DNA from: a bacterium | Lineage (GTDB): Bacteria > Desulfobacterota > DSWW01 | Assembly (NCBI GenBank): GCA_040756235.1 | Contig: JBFLZG010000130.1 | Span: forward strand, 57,905-121,904 | Direction of reading: 5' to 3' | DNA: 64,000 bases | Program-made: the position numbers and the translations under genes | Notes under the pieces: model-generated | Told to the model about the DNA's origin: nothing | The model's input: only the letters and a program-made list of their open reading frames with translations | Database searches by the model: none | Shown: positions 24,774-32,840 of the stretch, one piece after another | How positions within the stretch are numbered: position 1 is the stretch's first letter | Layout of the letters: each line of letters opens with the position of its first letter

Positions 24774-26141
24774 ATGAAGGACGAGACCGGCGATCTTTTC
24801 GAGACCGACCCCGCCCGGCCGCCGGCGGGCGCCGAGAGGAGGCCTTTGGCCGAGCGCATGCGGCCGCAGAACCTCGAGGAGTTCGTGGGGCAGCAGCACT
24901 TGCTCGGCCCCGGCAAGATCCTGCGCAGGGCGCTCGAACAGGGCCGGCTCTTTTCGGCCCTGTTCTGGGGGCCTCCGGGGTGCGGGAAGACGGCTCTTGC
25001 GCTGCTCCTTTCCCGGCGCACCGCCAGCCATTTCGTGGCGTTCTCGGCCGTGCTCTCCGGGGTCAAGGAGATCCGCGAAGTCATCCAGGAGGCGGAGATC
25101 CAATGGAGCCGCCGTCAGAAGAAGACGGTGCTGTTCGTGGACGAGATCCACCGCTTCAACAAGTCCCAGCAGGACGCTTTCCTGCCCCACGTGGAGAGCG
25201 GCCGCCTCGTTCTGATGGGTGCCACGACGGAGAACCCCTCGTTCGAGGTCAACAAGGCCCTTCAGTCCAGGATGAGGCTGCTCGTGCTCTATCCTCTCTC
25301 GGAGGAGGAAATCGGGATCGTCGTTCAGCGGGCCCTAAACGACGCGGACCGCGGCCTCGGCCGGTCCGGGCTGCGGATCGATGCGGCGGCGCTGCAACTG
25401 CTCTGCAGGGCCTCACAGGGGGATGCGCGGCGCGCCCTGAATACGATCGAGATCGCTGCGGCCCTGGTCCAGGACAGAGTGCCGCACGGCGCCGAGATCC
25501 GACGGCAGGACGTCGAGGAAGCGCTCCAGGAAAAAGCTCTGATCTACGACAAGAGCGGGGAGGAGCACTACAATCTGATCTCCGCATTCATCAAGAGCCT
25601 CAGAGGGAGCGATCCGGACGCCGCCCTCTATTGGATGACACGCATGCTCGAGGCGGGTGAGGATCCCCTGTTCATCGTGCGCCGCATGGTGATCTTTGCG
25701 TCCGAAGACGTCGGCAACGCCGATCCCGCCGCCCTCTCGGTCGCGGTCGCGGCCAAGGAGGCGGTCCACTTCGTCGGAGTTCCGGAGGCGACTCTCAACC
25801 TGGCGCAGGCCGCAACCTACCTGGCCACGGCGCCCAAGAGCAACGCCTCCTATGTGGCCTACGTGAGTGCCCGAAAAGCGGTGCGCGAGCGCGGCTCCCT
25901 GCCGGTCCCTCTGCACCTGCGGAACGCACCCACCGCATGGATGAAGGAGCAGGGATACGGGAAAGACTACGCCTATCCCCACGATGCTCCGGAGGGATAC
26001 GTTCCCGTGGAGTACCTGCCCGAGGAGTTGACCGGCGAGCAGTTCTATCATCCCGTGGGTCGAGGATACGAGCAGAAGATCCGGGAGCGCCTGGCGCGCT
26101 GGAGAGCTCTGAGGTCAGCCCGAAGAAGCGGGCAGGAGTGA
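24774..26141 (+). CDS. rarA: Replication-associated recombination protein A (MgsA/RarA AAA+ ATPase)
   Basis: [46 protein letters not shown]. Confidence 0.96.
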   Translation: MKDETGDLFETDPARPPAGAERRPLAERMRPQNLEEFVGQQHLLGPGKILRRALEQGRLFSALFWGPPGCGKTALALLLSRRTASHFVAFSAVLSGVKEIREVIQEAEIQWSRRQKKTVLFVDEIHRFNKSQQDAFLPHVESGRLVLMGATTENPSFEVNKALQSRMRLLVLYPLSEEEIGIVVQRALNDADRGLGRSGLRIDAAALQLLCRASQGDARRALNTIEIAAALVQDRVPHGAEIRRQDVEEALQEKALIYDKSGEEHYNLISAFIKSLRGSDPDAALYWMTRMLEAGEDPLFIVRRMVIFASEDVGNADPAALSVAVAAKEAVHFVGVPEATLNLAQAATYLATAPKSNASYVAYVSARKAVRERGSLPVPLHLRNAPTAWMKEQGYGKDYAYPHDAPEGYVPVEYLPEELTGEQFYHPVGRGYEQKIRERLARWRALRSARRSGQE

Positions 26142-26148
26142 AGATCTT

Positions 26149-26277
26149 TCAGGTGCCAGGTGTCGGCCATCGGGTTTCAGTTCCTCCCACCCCTCCAGCC
26201 GGCGGGCGCTCTCACGAGGCTTGGTAGTGGCCGGACTTGATTCCGGCGCTGAAACCCGGAACCTGAACCCCAACCTG
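26149..26277. repeat. Inverted heptamer arrays (second site)
   Basis: CAGGTGC CAGGTGT C...GGGTTTCAG on the left; CTGAAAC CCGGAAC CTGAACC on the right. Confidence 0.65.
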
Positions 26278-26316
26278 TTGTCCGCACCGTGAGCTCGGAG
26301 GTCCAAAGGACCCGAC

Positions 26317-26742
26317 ATGATCTTCTTCCCTGTCAGCCCGGAGAAGCAGCGGGATCTGGAAGAACGTATGGAGAGACTCGGAATCCGCGACGAGGATCTG
26401 GAGGAACACTTTGTGCGCTCCTCCGGCAAGGGCGGGCAGAAGGTCAACAAGACCTCGACCTGCGTGTCGTTGCACCACAAGCCGACCGGGGTGATGGTGA
26501 AGTGCCAGCAGACCCGCTCTCAGGCCCTGAACCGTTTCTACGCCAGGAGGAGACTGGTCGAGCACCTGGAGGGCCGGCGCCAGGAGGTGAGAGCCGAAGA
26601 GCAGCGCGAGCGCGACCGGATCCGCAGAGCCAAACAGAGGAGAACGCGCCGGGCCAGAGAGAAGCTGAGAGAGCAGAAAGAACAGCAAGCCGAAAAGAAG
26701 CGGCAGCGTCGCGGGCTGGCCTGGTCGACCGATGGGTACTGA
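26317..26742 (+). CDS. Stand-alone RF-1 domain peptidyl-tRNA hydrolase (ArfB/C12orf65-like rescue factor)
   Basis: FVRSSGKGGQKVNKTS GGQ motif, RSQALNR, long Arg/Lys-rich tail, no codon-recognition domains. Confidence 0.9.
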   Translation: MIFFPVSPEKQRDLEERMERLGIRDEDLEEHFVRSSGKGGQKVNKTSTCVSLHHKPTGVMVKCQQTRSQALNRFYARRRLVEHLEGRRQEVRAEEQRERDRIRRAKQRRTRRAREKLREQKEQQAEKKRQRRGLAWSTDGY

Positions 26743-26975
26743 ATACTTCCTCCAGGCACGGTTGCGGTTTCATCGCGCCATGCGCCGGATTACGGCGGGA
26801 GCGCTAACAGCCTGTGCACCGATCCGAGCACTACGCCCGCAGGCGCTCCTGTCGGGGATGCCGGACCGCCCCATCAGCACCGGCGGTACTTGCCTGACGG
26901 GTAGTGCCCGCCCGCCTTCTCCTTGCTGTGCCTCGGACATCACAAGCTGTTGCTGTGGTGTTCACCAGCTGTCGC

Positions 26976-27004
26976 TTGCGTTTGCCTGGAGTTTGTTCTA
27001 ATAT
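26976..27004 (+). promoter_or_regulatory. Putative sigma70 promoter
   Basis: TTGCGT-17 nt-TAATAT in an AT-rich patch upstream of the 27061 ORF. Confidence 0.55.
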
Positions 27005-27060
27005 TTATCAGCTTTCTGTCTGTGCTCGTTATCGCTCACACTGTTATCGGGGAGGTGAAC

Positions 27061-27543
27061 GTGAACAAGAGAGAGCTGGCATCCATCATGGAGCAGATGT
27101 CGGTCGCGGAGCTGAAGGACCTGGTCGCGAAGAAGGGAAAGCTCGACGAGCTGACCGGCAGGAGGCGCGAGCTGGAGAAGGGCTTGACGGAGGTGGAGAG
27201 GCAGATCGCAGACCTGATCGGATCCAAGGCTCCGGCGCCCAAGGCGACCCGGGCCGCCCGTGCAGGTGCCAGGGCCAGAAGAGCCGCGCCAAAACCGAGA
27301 AAGAGAATCCGTCAGCCTTCGCTCTCTTCGGTCGTGCTGTCCATCCTGAAAGAAAACAAGAAGCCGCTGAAGATCAGCGACATCGCCACGCAAGCTCTGG
27401 AGCAGAAGAAGTACAAGACCCAGGCCAAGAATTTCAAAGGGCAGCTGCGGATCGTTCTGTACAAGAATGAAAAAGGGCTGTTCAAGAAGATGGGCCCCGG
27501 GCTCTTCGCGGCGTCGCCCGCTGCGGCCAAGGCTGAAAAGTAG
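27061..27543 (+). CDS. Basic hypothetical protein, probable DNA-binding (coiled coil + Ala/Arg linker + winged-helix-like domain)
   Basis: GGAGGTG RBS, GTG start, host-like codon usage, very Lys/Arg-rich, 160 aa. Confidence 0.8.
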   Translation: MNKRELASIMEQMSVAELKDLVAKKGKLDELTGRRRELEKGLTEVERQIADLIGSKAPAPKATRAARAGARARRAAPKPRKRIRQPSLSSVVLSILKENKKPLKISDIATQALEQKKYKTQAKNFKGQLRIVLYKNEKGLFKKMGPGLFAASPAAAKAEK

Positions 27544-27767
27544 CGATCGCCGTCGGTCCGCATGCTGCTAGTGCTCCAAGCCGGGATGCCCGGAATACAA
27601 GCGTCCTCCCCATTCAGGATGCTCCAGCCGTGAGCTTCAGCGCGAAGAAACGCCCGGTTGCCGCTGCCCGTCGTGCGTGAGCCGGGGGTTTGCTTCGCAG
27701 AGCCGCGCAGCCCTTTGGCCCCGCTTCGCTCGCGACAGGCCCCGCAGACCGTCTTTTCAATGGCCTG

Positions 27768-28745
27768 TCAGTACTGGCGCTCCACCACGAAGGAAGCGAG
27801 GCTCTGGAGCGCCTCGCGTTCACGGCTTTGCGGCAGGTCGGAGAGGCTTCGGAGCCCCTTCTGCACGTGCAAGCGGGCAGCACGGTGGGTGTCGGCAAAA
27901 CCTCCGTATCGCTCGATCAGCTCCCGGGCCCACGGAAACCGCTCCTCTCTCACGGTCGGGGGTTCTCGGAGGGTGTGGAGGAGGTCTTCGCGCTCATCGG
28001 GACGACACTTGGAAAACGCCAGAATGAGCGGCAGCGTGAACTTCGCCTCGCGGAAGTCGGTGCCCACCTTCTTCCCCAGCAGTTCCTCACGAGCCGTGTA
28101 GTCGAGCAGGTCGTCCATCAACTGGAACGCCATGCCGAGCTCCAGGCCGAAGCAGGCGAACGGATCGGCCCACTCCTTGCGCCTGCTCGAAAGGCCTCCG
28201 ATCTGACAGGCCGAGGAGATCAGGCGAGCCGTCTTGCGGTCGATGATGTCTCGATACTGGGCCTCGTCCAGCTCGAGGAGCCCGAGTCGCAGGAACTGAA
28301 GGAGCTCCCCCTCGGCGATCGCGGACAGGGTCCTGATGACCACCCGCAGGCAGGGGATGCCGCCGGCGTCCAGGACGAGGGAGAAGGCCCGCGAGAAGTG
28401 GAAATTGGCTGCCAGCACCCCTGCCGGGTCGCCCCACAGGGTGTGGGCGGCCGGCCTGCCGCGGCGCACCGTGCCCTGATCGACGATATCGTCGTGCAGC
28501 AGCGTGGCATTGTGAATGAGCTCGATCGAAGCGGCCAGCGGAATCCGCTGCTCGGGTCGGGAGCCGCCCAGGCGGCCGCAAAGGAGCGTCAGGGCGGGCC
28601 GGAAGCGCTTTCCTCCTGCGGACAGAATGTGGGTCCCGACGCGGGTGAGCAGGGGTATCTTGGAAGTGGCCCCGTCCCGGTGCAGCACATTCTCCACTTC
28701 TTCGAGGTCATCGCGAATGGAATGAAAAACGTCCTGGATCTTCAT
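27768..28745 (-). CDS. Trans-polyprenyl diphosphate synthase (IspB-like)
   Basis: GGKRFRP, ATLLHDDIVD..RRG, FQLMDDLLD. Confidence 0.93.
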   Translation of the reverse strand: MKIQDVFHSIRDDLEEVENVLHRDGATSKIPLLTRVGTHILSAGGKRFRPALTLLCGRLGGSRPEQRIPLAASIELIHNATLLHDDIVDQGTVRRGRPAAHTLWGDPAGVLAANFHFSRAFSLVLDAGGIPCLRVVIRTLSAIAEGELLQFLRLGLLELDEAQYRDIIDRKTARLISSACQIGGLSSRRKEWADPFACFGLELGMAFQLMDDLLDYTAREELLGKKVGTDFREAKFTLPLILAFSKCRPDEREDLLHTLREPPTVREERFPWARELIERYGGFADTHRAARLHVQKGLRSLSDLPQSREREALQSLASFVVERQY

Positions 28746-29045
28746 GAATCGGAGAGGTCCTCCAGCCCTTCCCGCGGAAGATGAAAAAGCCAGCCAGATA
28801 CCTGTTTTATTAAACCCAAATCGGCCGCTAAGATCAAGCCGCGACGGGTCACTTCGCAGACTCTCGCGCATCCGGAGGCGCTCCGGAGAAGGAGCGGGGA
28901 GGGCGTCCGGGTTGTATCCGGGCGTCGACGGCCATGAAGCGGACGCGTGGCCGCGAGGAAACAGGGCATGCCGCGGGAGCGACAAAGGGGAGACAAAAGG
29001 CAAAATGAGTAAGGGCGAAAAATTCTCGCCCCCGCAAGGTTCTGC

Positions 29046-30458
29046 TCAGGGGAAGTACTGGTCCTTTCGTATCCGCAGGCGAATGATCTTCTTGTGGAGC
29101 CCCGAGCGGGTGAGCTTGAGCTCCTCGGCGGTCTTGCTCACGTTTCCCTTGTGCCGGCTCAGCGCACCCAGGATCACCAGACGTTCGTACTGCTCGAGCT
29201 TCTCTTCCAGGCTTCCCGGGATCTCTTCCTGGGCGATCTCTTCCGGATCGGTCTCCATCTCCAGATGGACGGGCTCGATCCAGCCCCCTGTCGGCGCCTT
29301 GCCGACCGCCCGGTAAACCACCGATCGCAGCTCCCGCACGTTGCCGGGCCAGTCGTACTGCATGAGCTTCTCGTAGCCGGCCAGGGAAAAGCCTTTGTAT
29401 CGGTATTCCTTGTGCTCTCGCAGGAAATGCTCGGCCAGGAACTGAATGTCGCGGTCCCGCTTGCGCAAGGGCGGCAGGAGAACCTTGATCGTGTTCAAGC
29501 GGTAATAGAGGTCCGGTCGGAATCGTCTCTCCTTGACCTGCTCGCTCATGTTGATGTTGGTCGCCGCGATGATCCGGGTGTCCACCCGGACGGGCCGGTT
29601 CCCCCCGATCCGTTGGATCTCCTTGTCTTCAACGGCATGGAGGAGCTTGGCCTGGATCCAGGAAGGGAGCTCGCCGATCTCGTCGAGAAACAGGGTCCCG
29701 CCGTGCGCGTATTCGAACTTGCCGATCTTGCTGCGGATGGCTCCCGTAAAGGATCCCTTTTCGTGTCCGAACAGCTCGCTCTCCAGGACGCCCTCGGAAA
29801 GAGCCGTGCAGTTCACCTTGACGAACGGCTGGCTGCGCCGGGGGCTGAGATCGTGGATGGTCTCGGCCACGAGCCCCTTGCCGGTCCCGCTCTCGCCCAG
29901 GACCAGCACGTTGGCGTCCCGCTGGGCGGCGTGGAGCACCTGCGCGAAGACGCGCTGCATGAGGAAGCTGCTGCCGAGGATCTTGCCCAGCCGGCCGGTC
30001 GCGGAGCGCTCCTTCTGCAGGGTTTCCGTGAGCCTTTCGAGCTTCTGCCGCTTCAGGGCCCTCTCGAGAATGACCGACAGGGAGCTCGGGTTGATCGGCT
30101 TGATCAGGTAATCTTCGGCCCCCTTGCGAATGCAGGAAAGGGCGGTCTCCAGCGTGCCCTCCCCGGTGACGATGATGACCTTGGCCTGCGGCACTCTGCG
30201 GAAGCACTGCTCCATGAGCTCCATGCCCTCTCCGACCTGGTTGGAAGGGGGCAGGGCCAGGTCCATCAGGACCAGCTCCGGGGAGGAGATCCTCAGGGCG
30301 TCGACGGCCTCGGGCGAGCTGCGGGCCAGGGTGACCGGATAGCCTTCCTCGCGCAGGAACAGCTCCAGGATCCTGGCCAGGGTCGGATCATCTTCGACCA
30401 GCAGGACCGCTGATTTCGACTTCTCGACTTCCAGATAGGCTTCCGAATGCCCCCCCAT
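29046..30458 (-). CDS. Sigma54-dependent response regulator (NtrC family, PrsR-like receiver)
   Basis: Receiver VEDD...LMDLALPP, GESGTGK, ESELFGHEKGSFTGA, FLDEIGEL, WPGNVREL, Fis-type HTH. Confidence 0.95.
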   Translation of the reverse strand: MGGHSEAYLEVEKSKSAVLLVEDDPTLARILELFLREEGYPVTLARSSPEAVDALRISSPELVLMDLALPPSNQVGEGMELMEQCFRRVPQAKVIIVTGEGTLETALSCIRKGAEDYLIKPINPSSLSVILERALKRQKLERLTETLQKERSATGRLGKILGSSFLMQRVFAQVLHAAQRDANVLVLGESGTGKGLVAETIHDLSPRRSQPFVKVNCTALSEGVLESELFGHEKGSFTGAIRSKIGKFEYAHGGTLFLDEIGELPSWIQAKLLHAVEDKEIQRIGGNRPVRVDTRIIAATNINMSEQVKERRFRPDLYYRLNTIKVLLPPLRKRDRDIQFLAEHFLREHKEYRYKGFSLAGYEKLMQYDWPGNVRELRSVVYRAVGKAPTGGWIEPVHLEMETDPEEIAQEEIPGSLEEKLEQYERLVILGALSRHKGNVSKTAEELKLTRSGLHKKIIRLRIRKDQYFP

Positions 30459-30799
30459 GGCGATCTTCCCCTTCCGGCTCGAGGGTGACAACAGATGCAA
30501 AGAGGAGGCCAGAAAACACCCCAGGCACCCGGGGCAGCGTTCGTGCCTCGGTAGATTGGATATCATAGATCGTCGATTTGGCAAACAGAATTCTTCTTAT
30601 CGACCGGCACGCCGGCCCACGTCGGAGACCTGGAATAATGGGCGGGAGCTCCGTCCCCGGAGAGAGCGAGGAGGCGCACAATCGCCGCCGGGCTACGAAC
30701 CACCCTACTTGGAATAACCCCAAGGGCTCTCCTTAGGCCCAAGGAACGGGAGAGGCTCGAAGGCCGCCTCTCCCAGGTTCCATGCGGGCCCGGTTTGGG

Positions 30800-30958
30800 T
30801 TATCCCCTGAAGAAGATCTGATACAAGATGAACCCAGCCAGTAATAGAAGAGCGACAATACCTATGGGACGCGTAAGGCGTTCTTCGAACGAACGTCCCT
30901 TCATGTCTACCCTTGTCTCGGGCGGATTATTGATACTTTCAACGGGCTCAGGCGACAT
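30800..30958 (-). CDS. 52-aa tail-anchored membrane microprotein
   Basis: Manual translation MSPEPVESINNPPETRVDMKGRSFEERLTRPIGIVALLLLAGFILYQIFFRG; GAGGAG RBS 8 nt upstream; below the ORF-track cutoff. Confidence 0.7.
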   Translation of the reverse strand: MSPEPVESINNPPETRVDMKGRSFEERLTRPIGIVALLLLAGFILYQIFFRG

Positions 30959-31037
30959 GACGTGATCTCCTCTTTTCTTGTGCCAGCCATTGCTGTTCTC
31001 AACGTTCTCTTTTGACCCGACCGGCTCCGGATACCCT

Positions 31038-31202
31038 TCACTGCAGGAGGTATTTCTTCAGCACCATGTACGCAATGACGCAGACATAGATCGCTGCGAA
31101 AACATAGGTTCCGTAACGGCCCACTCTATGGCCCAACGATCGTTGCACGGGAGGATTTCCCTTCTCCGGACGGGCCGGCTCATCGGTAGATTTATCGTCC
31201 AT
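31038..31202 (-). CDS. 54-aa tail-anchored membrane microprotein (apparent paralog of 30800-30958)
   Basis: Manual translation MDDKSTDEPARPEKGNPPVQRSLGHRVGRYGTYVFAAIYVCVIAYMVLKKYLLQ; GGAG RBS 7 nt upstream. Confidence 0.7.
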   Translation of the reverse strand: MDDKSTDEPARPEKGNPPVQRSLGHRVGRYGTYVFAAIYVCVIAYMVLKKYLLQ

Positions 31203-31362
31203 TTAGCATCTCCAACTGCATGGAAAGTTGACTCCTCCGATCACAGGGACGGATCCCTCAGAAGAGGGTGTGTGTCCTGCGAACGGATCCAGAGGCACCC
31301 CGGCCTTAGGAACTGCTCACACGGGATTGCTTCGTCTGCTCTTGAAAGTCGTGTGGGATAGA

Positions 31363-31704
31363 TCAGAGAAGGGAAATCGGAGGTTTGAAAATCTCGTGCC
31401 GGAATCCCGCTAAAAGAACCACCCAGAAGGGTGTAAGCTCTTGCTGTCTTCCCAAGGACGGCTTCGGCAGCTCGCTGGGGTTGAACGATATCGGGTTGAA
31501 GCACCGTGACCGGTCGGAAAACTCGCTTTCTGCCGGAGAGCTGTCGTCCAGGGGAAGACCGGAAACGAGTATGGCGTCATTGAATGAAAGGCCGGCAACG
31601 GCTTCAAGGTCTCCCGACGGTTCCTGCCCGGCCCGGTGCACGCTGAAGTTAATGCACGCGAATACCGCCAGGAAAAGGCAAAGAAGAGGTCTGCTGTTGC
31701 CCAT
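31363..31704 (-). CDS. 113-aa signal-peptide-bearing protein ending GFRHEIFKPPISLL (candidate leader/arrest peptide)
   Basis: GGAG RBS, N-terminal hydrophobic LLCLFLAVFACINFSV, low-complexity middle, C-terminal IFKPP; extended -10 upstream. Confidence 0.6.
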   Translation of the reverse strand: MGNSRPLLCLFLAVFACINFSVHRAGQEPSGDLEAVAGLSFNDAILVSGLPLDDSSPAESEFSDRSRCFNPISFNPSELPKPSLGRQQELTPFWVVLLAGFRHEIFKPPISLL

Positions 31705-31725
31705 CTGCGCTCCGTCCCGCTTACA

Positions 31726-31734
31726 AGTATACCA
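31726..31734 (-). promoter_or_regulatory. Extended -10 promoter element
   Basis: TGGTATACT about 21 nt upstream of ATG 31704. Confidence 0.5.
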
Positions 31735-32005
31735 AGACCGTGAGGTTTCAAAGGCACGCAAATGGCCAGCCCCGATACTTCGCGAGCCAGCCGATGATCC
31801 TGGCATCGCCTTCGAATTGAGTAGCTCGTCTGTGTGATTTCAGGGCCGGTAGAGAAAGTTGAATTCAAACATCGGCGCTTCTATCGGTGCCCGTGAATCC
31901 CTTCAGTGGGAACGATTCGAGAGCGTCTGTGGAACGATCTCCCCCCCGTGGAGCAACTGGTTCACGAACGGGCTCCGAGGGAGGCCAGAGAGGCGCCCGG
32001 GGGGG

Positions 32006-32503
32006 TCACGGCAGAGAAGCGAAGACCTCTGTGAAGTAGTAGGTTTCGCCGTCCGCGGCAATGCCGATGCCCAGGTGCGTGTACGCGTCCGAGAGGATGT
32101 TGGCACGGTGATCGGCAGAGTCCATCATGTACTCGTGTGCCGTGCGGACCAGATCGTCGTTGCCCTGGTTCATGGCGATGTTCTCTCCGAGGGCCCCGTA
32201 ATTCATGACCCCGGCGGCAGCGATGCGGTCCATCACCGATTGGCCGTCCGGGTTCACGTGGGAAAAGAAGTGGCGGTTCGCCATATCCTCCGAGTGCTGC
32301 TTTGCGGCCCGGGTCAACCCCTCGTTGGGGAGAAGAGGTTGCAGGCCGTGGCCGGCGCGGGCATCGTTGACGAGGTCGGACATCTCGCGTTCCATTGACC
32401 GGACGTCGTCGGAGTCATCGCCGCATTGGGTGCATGTCACCAGAAGGAGTGCAAGGAGGGGGGTCAGACGAAAGGGGCGGGCGTTGCGCATTCGGCTCTC
32501 CAT
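32006..32503 (-). CDS. CAP/SCP-domain protein, probable lipoprotein
   Basis: Signal with Cys (LLALLLVTCTQC), LVNDAR..GL.PL, HSEDMA..FFSH, GENIA, S.DHRANIL; GAGGAG RBS. Confidence 0.9.
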   Translation of the reverse strand: MESRMRNARPFRLTPLLALLLVTCTQCGDDSDDVRSMEREMSDLVNDARAGHGLQPLLPNEGLTRAAKQHSEDMANRHFFSHVNPDGQSVMDRIAAAGVMNYGALGENIAMNQGNDDLVRTAHEYMMDSADHRANILSDAYTHLGIGIAADGETYYFTEVFASLP

Positions 32504-32607
32504 GAGATCTCCTCGGGGCAGGCCGTGAGAACGGTCCCAAGCGCCTGTCCGGAAACTGCTGATGACCCTCTGGACACAGCTCAACGATCCGCTTGAAATC
32601 GGCTCAT

Positions 32608-32684
32608 GTCGCGGACCGTTCCTTCTGCGGTGGTTCCGTGAGCCGTCCAAGCTCTTGCCGCTTCAGGGCCTCTCGAGAATGACC
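32608..32684 (-). pseudogene. Decayed fragment homologous to the receiver-AAA linker of the 29046-30458 regulator
   Basis: Hand alignment to 29998-30075 gives 67/78 identical, with a 1-nt deletion and an in-frame TGA just downstream. Confidence 0.8.
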
Positions 32685-32840
32685 CGAAGCAGCTGGCTTC
32701 GGCCGATGACTATCATAAATTCTTGATTTAAACAAAAGCCCCCCTCATGTCTTCTCACACCTCTTGTTAGGTCGCGTTCCGCCGTGCTAGGTTTTGTCAG
32801 GCCGCCCCGAGGTTCCGAGCGGCGGTGCCTAGAGGAGGAC

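Noticed and set aside
30978..31868. ORF-track calls 30978-31361(+), 31385-31837(+), 31410-31868(-), 31241-31504(-)
   Set aside because: No RBS or protein-like features; they conflict with better-supported minus-strand small ORFs.
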